Positions 25,859 to 38,890 are shown, counted from the stretch's first letter. The stretch is DNA of 64,000 nt from Octopus sinensis (GCF_006345805.1 NC_043006.1:68572001-68636000); one strand, 5' to 3'. Numbers and translations are program-made. Notes: a model not told the origin generated them from the sequence alone.

Positions 25859-26954
25859 TTTTAGGTACACATTTCTGGTCGTATCTTGTTTTTGAAAATG
25901 AACGAGGGCTTCATCTCTCAGGAACAAAAGAGGACATAACTACACTGGAGACCAGTGATTCATGACTGCTCCTACTGACACTACTATATCTTGCATGTGA
26001 TGAAACTATGGAAAAAAATAACAAAACAAAAAAAAAACAGTATTTCATTGTTGCAGACATGTATCATATGGTCTGCCAGCTGTTTGTTGTTTCAAAAAGT
26101 TTGGTTCCTCAGCTACATCATAGATGCACAGTAGTGACCAGAGTAACCCCATTATTATCTGAGGTACACATCTCAGTGTCATTGTGGATATCACCTTTAC
26201 AGCAGTTCAAAATTTGACTATTGATGATTGAGTCTCCTCTGTGCAATCCACTAAAAAATCCTATCTTGGTATGCATCTTGGACACACACACACACACATA
26301 CATAAATGCAATATGTGTGTGTGTGTGCGCGTGTGCAATACTGGATGACTGTTGACTTTCTCTTTAGTTTATCCACTGTTTGATTGATTTTGCTTTTAAT
26401 CCTGCAGGTTACCCAAAAATCACTCCTCTCATTTGGAAGAGTTGCAGGTATATTCCCTACTGATCTGACAGTGCAAAATATTGCATTGGGTATATGTTAC
26501 CAGTAGTACCCGGGAGTACTCTGACATTAAGCACATGTCTATATTGTAGTAGTTAGACATTTCTACATTAGGTGCACAGAAGAATGTGCACTACATTAAG
26601 TGTACAATTCTACACTATAACAGATGTACAATTCTACAACATTTTCTATACTGTTAGTTGCACAATTGTACAGTTCACCAGGTGCATCAAGACACAAATA
26701 CAAACAGTTACCAAGAAATTCAGTTTTATCCAAAGACACTTAAATACCAATTCTTCAGAGATTGTTATTATTTCTGCTGTTGTTCCTGTTTTAAGTAAAT
26801 TTAGCTACAGAGCATGTTGATCAAATAACAACAGTCAGCTGAAATTAACACAGCTACCCCCATATAGCTTTCATACCCCACATTGCACTATATAAACAAC
26901 TGTATACTCATCTCCCTATCTCTCTTCCTTTCTATAAAAATATGTAGCCGCTCA

Positions 26955-27003
<49 letters not shown>

Positions 27004-27206
27004 ACCCTCTCTTTCTCTCTCTCTCACACACAGTACCTGTCTGTGTCTCCCCCTCTCTAACATACCCTAAATAGAAATGAGATATCAGAATCTGCCAAAA
27101 GTTCAAATTTTAATGGGTGCAGAGTAGTGTTATGACTGTGTGTGTGTGTGTGTGTGGTTGATTGATGTGTATTTGTATGAGTGTGGACGTATGTATGCTT
27201 GACTGA

Positions 27207-27238
<32 letters not shown>

Positions 27239-29095
27239 ATGTGTATGTGATTGATATGTGTTTGTATGACTATAAGTTTGAATATATATGATTAAGTGTA
27301 TTTGTGGATTACAAGTATTTTTACCAAAATCTGCCTTAAGTTGAAAACCAAAAAAAAAAAAATACATAGAGAGAAAACAGAAACTCACCCCAGTACCCCC
27401 AATCAACCTCACCCAAATGATATATTATCTTAAACTCCCAATAAAATCTATCCATAAGATATAAATACAAAATACAGTACCAAAATTAACTTATATTTCT
27501 AAAAACCTTGAGTAAAGCATAAATGCTCAAACTTACTAATTTCTTTTGATATACTCAAACTTAAAACTAATCTGAAAAATGATCATTATGAAGATCCTTA
27601 ATGACATATTAATTATTTCAACTGCTAATTGAACTATCTGTCTATTTAATATCTTGCATGTCTACTTGACTACCTTATCTACTTCACATGTTGCCAATAC
27701 CTTAGTAACATAGACACCTTCAAGTGTGTGTGTGTACGTGTGTGTACATATATATATATATATTTTATCTGTTACTTGTTTCAGTCATTTAACTGCAGCC
27801 ATGCTGTGGCACTGCCTTGAAGGGTTTTAGTTAAATGAGTTGGCCCCAGTACATTTCTGTATAAACCTAAAACTTATTCTATCAGTCTCTTTTCTTGAAT
27901 AACTAAGTTACATGGACAAAAACTAACTCCGATTGTCTAGCAGTGGAGTGGGGGATAAACGAACATACACACACACACGATGGAAGAAACTTGCCCAAGG
28001 CACCAAGCAATTGGACTGAACTCTCAGCTGGGAAGAAAACTTCTTACCACATAGCCACATATACATGTGTGTGCATATGTATATATATAAATGTTCGTAT
28101 ATCTATCTTGTGCACCTACTTACCTGTATACATATTTATCACCAGAATCTACCTACCTACATTCAAACCCATATATTTATCACCAGTCCACATACCTACC
28201 CACTCACCTACCTACCACCAGTTTGCTTTATCCCACTCCCAGCACTTCAAGTGTTAATAATCAGACATTTTTTGTACAGATTTGTCAAAGGAAGAAGAGA
28301 CTTGCATATGACTTTTGGAAGGACCTCCAAGACTGGGGAGTGGGGTAAGACAAGGAAGAGCACCCCGCCCCTCCACCAACCCATCAAGTGCAGTTCCACA
28401 AGATTTCTGTTATAGTAGATGATACCTGATCAAGGTTCCATGCAATGGAATTGGACCCATTATCTCACCCATGCCTGCATTCACCTCCATACAAGATAGC
28501 ATCCTGAATTGCTAGTGTGTAACCCAACTGCTAGAATCCTTGTAGCCCCACCTAACTAGTGTAATCCCTCCCCTCAAACCTTCCCTAGATGTTGCATATC
28601 TCCCTCTCTCACTTCCCCTATCTCTTCCCCCCCCCTATACACTTGCAAATCCTCACTCCCTCACTCTTACTGCTTCTGCTACCTGAGGTGCCACCTGGAC
28701 ACCTCATCACCACTGTCTATTTCTTTGGAGATATCCCTAATCCATTCTCTTTCATGCTCTCACCTAAATGTGAGTAGCCATGTAGCTCAATACAAGAACT
28801 TGCTCTGCCCCTGTCTCTTCTCTCATACTATAACTCCTGTCTAACATACAGATGCAGCCTCCACCCTTACTGGGTTTGTTAACATGTAAGCTACATGATG
28901 GCCTCAATAGGTCTGGTGGCAAGGAAAAAAAGCACCCAGTACACTGTAAAGAGGTTGGCATTAGGAAGAGCACACAGCCACAGAAATCATGCTAAAGTAG
29001 ACATTAGAATATGGTGCAGTCCTTCAACTCATCAGATCCTTGTCAAACTGTCCAAATAATTGCCAGCATGGAACGTGGATGCTAAATGATGTCGA

Positions 29096-29124
<29 letters not shown>

Positions 29125-29128
<4 letters not shown>

Positions 29129-29303
29129 CAATAAAGGGTTTAGCAACGAATTGCCTTACCACATACCGAATTTAGAAATAGCAGTCAAAGAGTTATAGCT
29201 ATTTCTTCTACTAAAAAGGGAAGAAATAGCTATAACTCTTTGACTGCTATTTCTAAATTCGGTATGTGGTAAGGCAATTCGTTGCTAAACCCTTTATTGC
29301 TTA
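29125..29303. repeat. Perfect 84-bp inverted repeat with 11-nt loop
   Basis: 29125-29208 is the exact reverse complement of 29220-29303 (checked base by base). Confidence 0.95.
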
Positions 29304-29408
29304 GTATTACTTAAATTTTCCTCGAATGAGGCTTTTACATGCCGAAGACTACTTGGTGTAATTGATAATTATTCCAAATTAATTAATTTCACCCTTCATT
29401 ATTACGGA

Positions 29409-29443
<35 letters not shown>

Positions 29444-29621
29444 TGCACACAAATTAGTATTGAATGAAATATAGGCATGTACAATCATATTCAATATGTT
29501 TGTGTCATGGAAAGCCATACAGTGGATATAAGGACAAGATTCCTCAAACAATTTTTGCAGTGCATATCTTTTCATGTTTGAGTGAACTTGAATATGTTAA
29601 ACATAACTGTACACATTTATA

Positions 29622-29841
29622 TATGATGGGGTGCTGAAAAGTTCCTGGTTTTAAGGGTATTGCAAAAGGCCTGGTTGGAGGCCCAACCTTCCAAGTCCTT
29701 TTACAGAGCTTAGAAGACCTGAAGGACCACTGCAATAAGTATGTGAATCTGAAAGGGGAATATGGTGAATAAAATCACAATTAACTGATCCTCCTGTATT
29801 TTCTTTTATCCAAAGCCAGGAACTTTTCAGCACCCCTCACC
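29622..29841 (+). mobile_element. mariner-derived MITE
   Basis: TIRs ggggtgctgaaaagttcctgg / ccaggaacttttcagcacccc; internal aataagtatgtgaatctgaaaggggaatatggtgaataa resembles the mariner C-terminus (KCV...GEYVE*). Confidence 0.8.
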
Positions 29842-30861
29842 CTACCCTTCATATATATATATATATATACATACAAAACATAGATATGTGATAGCAGTAA
29901 ATCCAAGTAGTAAACCTTCAAAAAAGGCTGTGGGCTGATCCATTTCCTTGAAATGTTGCTTAAATATATCTTATGTGTGAACCAAACTCACACAATAGTG
30001 TTTGTTTAACAGTAGATGTATATGTTATGTGGTTGTAGATCTTTCATATATTGTTCTATTTGTTGATACATTATACACACACACACACACGCATTCATAC
30101 TTAAATGCATGTACATGGACAGTGTGCTTACGTTTTATATATTGCATATGTGTATTTATATATATATATATATAATTATCATGATGATGATATATGTATA
30201 TATAAACAAATATATATGCATATAAATATATAGAAATAAATGAATATATATATACACACACATATGTGATGTGTGCATACATCATATATATATATGATGT
30301 GTATCATGTATACATATGTATGCCTATGCATCCTATATGACATATGCACATACACAATTCCTATGAGAATATTGAGGGTGTGTATGTGTGTGTATATTTG
30401 TTACCTTGATCATCTCTTTAGCAGCTGTTCTACAATGGCTATCTGACACACACACACACACACCAACAAACATCAGTGTACCGATATAAAAAGGTAGCAC
30501 ACCTACACACAAACATATACGTACATGAACACGCTTGCACACATGTAAGGATATGCAAGAGGAACTTGCATGAGCAGCTATATCAATACACACACACACA
30601 CGTGCATATAGAACATGTTGAGGAGGCAAAATGCCAAATTTCAGTAATCTTCAGGAAGCTGTTCGTGTTGATGTTTATTATGTTTTCTGTGTACGGGGTC
30701 TCCTACCCAACCCAATCCCCACCTCATCATACACTTCCTTAGTAGCTACAATCTACTACTGTTACCATTTTATTACATGTTCTCAACAAGAGCCCCCTAC
30801 ATATATACACATAGTTAACCCTCTCCACCCTGTATTTCACTGAACTCAGACATGTCTAATG

Positions 30862-31252
30862 CTCTTTTACTCTTTTTACTCTTTTACTTGTTTCAGTCAT
30901 TTGACTGCAGCCATGCTGGAGCACCGCCTTTAGTCGAGCAAATCGACCCCAGGACTTATTATTTGTAAGCCTAGTACTTATTCTAATGGTGTCTTTTGCC
31001 GAACTGCTAAGTTACAGGGACATAAACACACCAGCATCGGTTGTCAAGCGATGTTGGGGGGGACAAAAACACACACTCACATATATATACGACGGGCCTC
31101 TTTCAGTTTCCGTCTACCAAATTCACTCACAAGGCTTTGTACAGCCCGACTGCTGTAGTAGAAGACACTTGCCTGAGGTGTCACGCAGTGACACTGAACC
31201 TGGAACCATGTGGTTCATAAGCAAGCTACTTACCACACAGCCACTCCTGTGC
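30862..31252 (-). mobile_element. Full-length CORE SINE family A
   Basis: Reverse complement of 44076-44463, including head and tail. Confidence 0.9.
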
Positions 31253-31768
31253 CTATGCTGCATGAAATATAGACATATGTATGTTATTTCTTTATTCCCT
31301 AGTTCAATAGTGATCTAAGATATTCCACTTTATAGCACCTCATCTTTTCAGGAGGCGTCCTTCCTTCTTAAGATGATAAAGTGTGATTTGAAGGTGATTT
31401 GGTTACCATTTCTAGCAGGTTGAGTGATGGCATAGTGGTTTCCTTGTTGGTTCATATTCATATGTATGAGTGTGTGTGTGCATGCACGCGCGCATTTCTA
31501 TACACAGATACACACGCACATGGGTATATATAATATATATATATATATATACACACACACATACCCAGATACATGTGTACACATACACAGACAACTACAA
31601 GATATATGCATAGGTGTATGTCTATATATATATTCATACATAAATACATATTTATATATATATGTGTGTGTGCATGCATATATATATATATATATATCCA
31701 TAGAAAAAGAGAGAAATTTATATACTGTGTTTGTGAACACAACTTTAGGATGCCAACATAATGTTACA

Positions 31769-32700
31769 CAGCATGCACCAAATTTTGAATTTCTCATTTC
31801 TCTTTAAAACATATGGACACCATCAGCATGGCAGATTCCAATATGATACAGGAAATGAAGAGGCACACTGTGCTTCAGGCTCTAGCTGCCAACCACAGCA
31901 ACTCAGAAATCACCAGCTTCTAGAGCGTGGCCAAGACATTTGTGTTCAGGGATGGGAAAGAGCTTGGGGTTGATCTATAGCTAAGAGAAAGAAACATTTT
32001 CAGTGGTCAGGACATGTGAGTTCATTTAGTAATTTCAGGACATCATCAATAATCCCAGACAGTCAATGAGGGCCATTGTTGACCAGCTTAAGATAGCAGG
32101 TTTCACTATCAGTCACATGCTATGTGAGAACATTAGGCACAAATCCTATGTGATCATAAGAGGACAGTTTATATCTGTTAAAACCTCAGGGAAGCATGAC
32201 TCAGTTGAAACACTAAACAAATTCTAGTACAACAAGAAACCCATCATGCTCTGTCATTTTTTTCTTTTATGATAAAAACTTTAACTAGTTCATGATCTGA
32301 ACTTTAACTAGATAAGTACTTTAAATGGGAATGTTTACCTTTTGAGAGATGTCAGCATTGAGTTTCCATAATCTCTGATGATCCTAAGCAGTAAGGGTTA
32401 TGTCACGCTGCCTCATTTTTATCCTGAATTACCTAAGGCACAATGTCCCTGCTTGCATCAAAATACTGGACAGAGTAGCCAAGTCCTGGATGTGGGGTGG
32501 TGTATTCCAGTAACACTCAGCTTCTTCCAATTTAGCCCTTGTGACACTGAAGTGGTGGGCTAACAATTTTTCCAACCATGTAATGTTCAAGCTCTCCTAA
32601 TTTGAACTCCAAAAACGACTGCATCTGAAGTATGCTAAGGAATCATTAGGGGCTGCTATCATGAGTAGAGGCTAACTGATCATCCTATGCAGTCTCTAAC
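31769..32700 (+). pseudogene. Decayed Tc1/mariner-superfamily transposase
   Basis: MADSNMIQEMKRHTVLQALAANHSNSEITSF*, PRQSMRAI, ENIRHKSYVIIRGQF, PHFYP and VFQ*HSA (cf. FQQDSA); many stops. Confidence 0.75.
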
Positions 32701-33010
32701 ATGGCCACATTTTAACTTCCATTAGGGTTGTGGCTGACTTTGTTGAAAAGCATATTTGTTTGGCGTGTCTAACTAAATGTGTGCTGGTCAGTTTTCTTTG
32801 AGTATGTTGTATTTTTTCTGTTTGGTATCTCTTTGTTTTATTCTCAGTTGCATGGCTACCTGAATATGTATGTATGTATACATACATCCATACATACATA
32901 TAGAATATAAGGATACAAATCACATTAATGATTTTTATCAGGTAGTCAGCATGCTATAAAAATTTATAGGCAATATATACATTAAATTAATTATAATATA
33001 TATATGTATC

Positions 33011-33083
33011 TAATTATATTAAGCGAGCAAGGGCGAAAATGACCAGCATGGTCGTTTTCGCCCCTGGTTCCTTAATATAATTA
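33011..33083. repeat. Small fold-back element in TA-rich DNA
   Basis: taattatattaag/cttaatataatta outer stem and gggcgaaaatgacca/tggtcgttttcgccc inner stem. Confidence 0.8.
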
Positions 33084-33732
33084 TATATATATGTAATATA
33101 TTAATATATATATATATTTGTGTGTGTGTGTGTGTTACCCAGTAATATATACATACAGATTAGTGAATAAATGAAAGAAAGATGTACTCAACACATTTGG
33201 TAGGAGTTACATATTATTTAAAACAGTTTGATTTGGTCCCCATATGACTTCAAGTTTCATAGCTTTGTGCATGAAATAATGTGTGTGCATGTGTGTGTAT
33301 GTATGTATGTATGTATATATATATACCCCTGTGCCTGCGAAATCTTATATCCCTGCTGTAAGGCTTTATTTCCACACACGCCAGCTTAATTTAATTCATC
33401 CTTAGCTAAAAGACACCTGTTGTTATGTTCTTTTATTTGTATTTGTGTAACATTCTCCGTTTTTTTTCCGTCCTTGTTTTTGTATACATTCACTGCTTTC
33501 TTCCAAGGAATCTAATGCTCTTAGCTTAGTTTTTCCTTGGGGCAGGCCAGATTGGAGCAATCTCGAGTATAACCAGCCAAAATTGCAAAGATAATCTGAA
33601 ACTCGACTGAAGAAAGGAAACTCCTTTGTTGACCCATCCTTGTTTTCTTTGAATCGTCTATCTGGATGTTTTGTTGTCCTCTTTTTTGTATCACCTAACT
33701 GTCTGGATGTTTTGCGTTATTGTCCCATTTTG

Positions 33733-33799
<67 letters not shown>

Positions 33800-33849
33800 A
33801 ACAGTTAATGATATATATATATAAAATAAAAAATAAACATTTCCTTCTC

Positions 33850-34088
33850 GAGCTAAGCCAGACTCATGAGGGCTAGTTTCCTGGTTTCAATGGCATATAT
33901 ATTCCCCACCTGGATGGGACAACAGCCTGTCAGTCTCAGGATTACTCATTTTCGCCAACCAAATGGACTGCAGTAATGTGAAATGAAGTATTTTGCTCAA
34001 GAACAAAATGCATCGCCCTGTCCAGGAATCAAAATCACATTCTTATGATCATGAGTCCAACACTCCAACCACTAAGCCATGCACTTCC
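33850..34088 (-). mobile_element. CORE-like tRNA SINE
   Basis: ccaaccactaagccatgcacttcc head and ttgctcaagaac CORE, both in reverse. Confidence 0.7.
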
Positions 34089-34922
34089 ACATATATATAT
34101 CATCATCATCATTTAATATTCATGTTCCATGCCGGCATGGATTGGACAGTTTCGAAAAGTGCACAATGCTCAAGTGTTTGCTTTAGCATGGTTTCTATGG
34201 CAGGATGTGGATACAGGTTGCAAGGGTGTATGAAAGAGTGAGAAATTGGGTATAGGTGAGGGAGTGAATATAATGAATGAAAAACAAGTGTCAAGGGATA
34301 ATAAGTAAGAATGGAAGGGAAAAGTAGGTGAGAACTGTAGAAATTGGGCAGGGTTGAGAAGCGGATCTAGTAACTTGTGGATAAGTGGTGAAGGGGGTGC
34401 CCCATGATACTTATGATTGGAGGAAATGTAGGAGATGACTGACAGTGCAGCAAAAGGGTAGGCGTGAAGAGCAATAGTAAAGTAATAATAATACAGTAAA
34501 CAGGGTAAGGATGTGAGAGAAAGATGTGTAATTGGATAAATTGCAAGAGGGTGAAGAGAGAGGCAGATGCAATCCATGGGGAAAAGTAAGAGATGTATGG
34601 TGGCAGAGAAGGGGAGATAATTTGGTGGCTCAGGAGGGTGATCATTGTAAAATGTGGGAAGAGGACAGTATGAAGAATGAAGGATGGATATCAAGTGAAA
34701 TACTTCAGGGTAGTGAGAAAGACAAGTAGTATCAGGAAAAGATGGAGAAATATGCAGTTCTGCTCACATTCAATTACAGCAGTGGAATACTGCAGTTAGA
34801 GAGATGATGATTGGTGGGGATGTTTTGAGGAAGAAATTGGGCAAGGGGCCCAGTTGTGCATATATATACACATGGTGCTTCCAGAATCTCGATTTCACTG
34901 AAATAGGTGAGTCTTCTTAAGA

Positions 34923-34965
<43 letters not shown>

Positions 34966-35571
34966 ACACACATATAAATAAACATATAAATATATGCATC
35001 TATACATATATACATACAAATATATTCTTATACATACATACAAATGTATATACCATAATCATTATCATCATTTTAACATCCAATTTTCCATGCTTGCATA
35101 GTCAGATGGAATTCATTGAGATAGATTTTCTATGGCTGGATGCCTTTCCTGTTGCTAACCCTCAACTGCTTCCAAGTTAAGTAACATTTCCCCATGGACA
35201 GACGCATTTCCAGTGAAATACTGGAAATGAACAACATCACTTTAATGAAAGTGACACTTGTTTACAAGCATCATGTGACATCAAAACAAGGGAACACATA
35301 TATCCTTCTACTAACATACACACATACATGCATGCACACACATGTGCACACACACACACACATACTCATGATACTCGTCATTTATTGTGACTTTTCTAGG
35401 CAGGGGTTGGATGGTTCAGCAGGAACTGACAACTGAAATGATTGCACAAAGCTCTGCTGTCTGCTTTGACATGACTTTTATAGCTGGATGCCCTTCCTCT
35501 TGTTTTTTACTCATTTTTACTTGTATATATAAGCAACCTGTTGCCTGCCTCTTTTATTTATATACAATGTA

Positions 35572-35928
35572 TATATATAAATTAGAAAAGAACCACCTTT
35601 TATCAATTTGTTAATGAAATAACAATGATATAATTAAATTATACCATATAGAAAAAAATTAAATATACGATAAAAACATATACCAATAATTAAGTAAAGT
35701 ATAAAATAATAAATAAAAAGTATATAATTGGTAAAAAGACTACACGTGTAGTCTTTTGACCAATTATATACTTTTTATTGATTATTTATATATTATTTTA
35801 TATTTTACTTAATTATTGGTATATGTTTTTATCATATATTTAATTTTTTTCTATATGGTATAATTTAATTATATCATTGTTATTTCATTAACAAATTGAT
35901 AAAAGGTGGTTCTTCTCTAATTTATATA
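35572..35928. repeat. ~355-bp spacerless imperfect palindrome
   Basis: Apex tacac|gtgta at 35745/35746; arms match outwards to attagaaaagaaccacctttt / aaaaggtggttcttctctaat. Confidence 0.9.
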
Positions 35929-36041
35929 CATATATTATATATTGTGAAATTTGATTTAGTATTACTAAATTGAATTTTTCCCTGTAAGTTTGGAATAATA
36001 TTCCCTAATATTAGATATATATATATTTTTTTCTTTAACAA

Positions 36042-36150
36042 GAATGGTAATGACAGTGACTTTGAAGTTTCAGCCAGTTAAACCATCATCAGACAGTCTA
36101 ATGTTATCTTAACTGGCCAAAACTTTGAAGTCACTGTCAGTACTATTCTT
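36042..36150. mobile_element. Short hairpin MITE-like element
   Basis: 40-bp arms gaatggtaatgacagtgactttgaagtttcagccagttaa and its near reverse complement; a third arm at about 36480-36520. Confidence 0.7.
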
Positions 36151-36299
36151 GTTGATGAATAATACATTTGTACTCTACAAAAATATGGGGTAACCTTCAG
36201 ATTATAACAAAATTGTTGTTATTATAGCTGAACATAAAACAAACAATATATATATATATATATATATATGTGCGTGTGTGTGTGTGTGAGAGAGAGAGA

Positions 36300-36470
36300 A
36301 CTTACGGGAATAAGGTTGACAAACAAGTTTCATGGGGAAACAATGAAAGAAAAGGTGATGTAAAGAGTGGAAAATATTACTCAGAATTTAATACAAAGAG
36401 TTTATGGTGTGAGTAATAACTATAAAGATATTGTTATTAGTTTTGTAAGTTTTTCCAAATAACTTCACAG
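36300..36470. repeat. Unclassified dispersed repeat (family H); second copy at 40200-40460
   Basis: Shared aataaggttgacaaacaagt..aaagaaaaggtgatgtaaagagtggaaaatattactcagaat; both copies begin after (GA)n. Confidence 0.75.
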
Positions 36471-36555
36471 TCCAACAATGGTTTAGCTGGCTGAAACTTT
36501 GAACTCACCGTCAACTACATTCTTTTTCTAAGAATAATAAATAAATAAATAAATA

Positions 36556-37262
36556 ATCATCATCATCATTGTTTAACGTCTGCTTTTCCATGCTGGTATG
36601 GGTTGGATGGTTTGACTGCAGACTGGTGAGCCAGAGGCTGCACCAGGCTCAATCTGATCTGGCAAGGTTTCTACAGCTGAATGCCCTTCTGAATGCAAAC
36701 CACTCCAAGAGTGTAGTGGGTGCTTTTACATGTCACCAGCACAAGGGCCAGTCAGGCGGTTCTGGCAACAACCACACTCAAAATGTGTTTTTTATGTGCT
36801 ACCTGCATGGGAGCCAGTCCGGTGGCAATGGCAACAACCACGCTCAAATGTTGTTTTTCATTTGCCAACAGCACATGTGCTGGTAAGTTGACACTGGCAA
36901 CGATCATGCTTGAATGGTGCTTTTCACATATCACTGGCATGGGAGTCAATCTGTGGCCCTGGCAGCGACCACGCTCAGATGTGCTTTTAATATTCCACTG
37001 GCATGAGTGCCAATCAGGCGGTACTGTCATCGGCCACGTCAGTGATTTTGATTTGTTACATTTGCCTCAATAGGTCTTCACAAGCAAAGTTCATTGTTCA
37101 ATGAATGAGGGATACTAATAAGTGGGCTGGTTACACCCCACGTTTGGATGTGCTTTTAATGTTCCACTGGCATGAGTGCCAGTCAAGCGGTACTGTCATC
37201 GGCCACGTCAGTGATTTTGATTTTGATTTCACTTGCCTCAACAGGTCTTCACAAGCAAAGTT
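36556..37262 (-). mobile_element. RTE 3' UTR/tail with local duplication
   Basis: Homologous to 17833-18305; 36978-37091 is repeated at 37147-37262. Confidence 0.85.
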
Positions 37263-37592
37263 TATATATATGATGCAATATGACTGAATGGTTAAGAAAT
37301 TTGCTTTGCAACCAAGTGGTCCTGGGTGCAATCCCACTGGTGGCAATTTTTCTTGTATCAATTCTTCAATTGTTCTCCAAGAGTCTGAAATAATATTGAA
37401 GTGAAAACAGAAAAGGCTATGATATCTGTCATAGGTTTAAGTAAAAGGCAGGCATGGCTGAAGATGCAGTCAGTGGGTCCAAGAATTGCTTATAAGCCTC
37501 AGCTTAAATTAGGGTGTCTTTGAACAAAGTAACACATTTAATTTGTCAGGAATGCAGCATGAGTGTGATGAAGCATCAATGTTAAAAACCTT

Positions 37593-37665
37593 GAAATAAA
37601 GGTCTCAAAAATGTGGCAAGAACAACGCCTGTACCTGTGGTCATCAGACCTCTGGGCATAATACC
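37593..37665 (+). pseudogene. Short R4/Dong-like endonuclease-domain relic
   Basis: EIKVSKMWQ..VPVVIRPLGII with a frameshift. Confidence 0.45.
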
Positions 37666-37714
37666 AGATGGCACTCTAAAACCTTATGGCTAAACACCAA
37701 GAAACTCAAAAGTC

Positions 37715-38770
37715 TTCCAGGCAATAATAGAGGAATTCAAGACAGGTTTACCTGGGAGCTCCTCTATAATGATGACTTTGCTGAGTCACTACCAGATCTA
37801 GAGATGAAGTTTCAAGTGTGGAAGCAACTAGAATAGAAGAGCCTTAGAGTAAATCTAGCAAAAAACCAAAGTGCTAGTAAGTAGGAAGGCAAACAAATCA
37901 CAAAGCCCTTCAGGTTGATGGCTCTGCTTGATCTGTAGAAAAGGTGTAGGTAGAAAGTCCATAAGATGTACCTGGTGTAAGCTATGGACACATAAGTGGT
38001 GCAGCAATATCAAAGAGAGGTTAACCTGGAAGACAGTTTTTGTGTGTGGCAGATGCACAGGGGCAATAAATACTGAAGATGTACAGAAAACAGATTCCAT
38101 CACATGCCAAGAGAAGAAACTAGTAGTTGATAGCTTCCGCTACCTAGGTGACCAAGTCTGTAGTGGGGGTGGATGCTCTGAGAGCATAGCCACTAGAATA
38201 AGAAAAGCCTGGGTAAAAGTTCAGAAAGCTCCTACCCCTGCTGGTAACAAAGGGCTTCTTGCTCAGCGTGAAATGTAACCTGGATGATGCATGTGTGCAA
38301 ACAGCCATGCTACACGGCAGTGAAACAAGGACTATGACTGCTGAGGACACACATAGGCTTGAAAGAAATGAAGCTAGTGTGATCTGCTGGATGTGTGTTA
38401 TGTCAGTGTGCATACACAACAGAGTGTAAGCACCCTCAGAGAAAGGTTGGACATAAGAAGAATCAGATGTGGTGTGCAAGAGAAACAACTGTACTTGTAT
38501 GGTCATGTGCTGCATATGAATGAGGACAGCTGTGTGAAGAAGTGTCACACCCTAACAGTGGAAGGATCCTGTGGAAGAGGTAGACTCAGGAAGACATGGG
38601 ATGAGGCAGTGGAGCACGACATTTGAACATTGTAGATTATTTACATTTGACGGATATTTGTTCTCATCTTGTTTGTTGTTAACAACATTTCTGCTGATAT
38701 ACCCTCCAGCCTTCATCAGGAGACTTGGGGAAATTATGAACTGGGTTCTCATTCCTAAGGTATTTTTCGA

Positions 38771-38804
<34 letters not shown>

Positions 38805-38844
38805 ATTATTATTATTCAGGTCACTGCCTGGAATCGAACTCAGA

Positions 38845-38890
<46 letters not shown>

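Noticed and set aside
33330-33745. TA-flanked cassette with CTGAAGA at 33607 as another hammerhead
   Set aside because: No GAAA follows a closable stem II; the cassette is probably a repeat but cannot be classified from this copy.
34170-34735. 174-aa minus-strand ORF, possibly a Penelope GIY-YIG or L2 relic
   Set aside because: It is low-complexity pyrimidine-rich sequence, and no diagnostic motif could be read with confidence.
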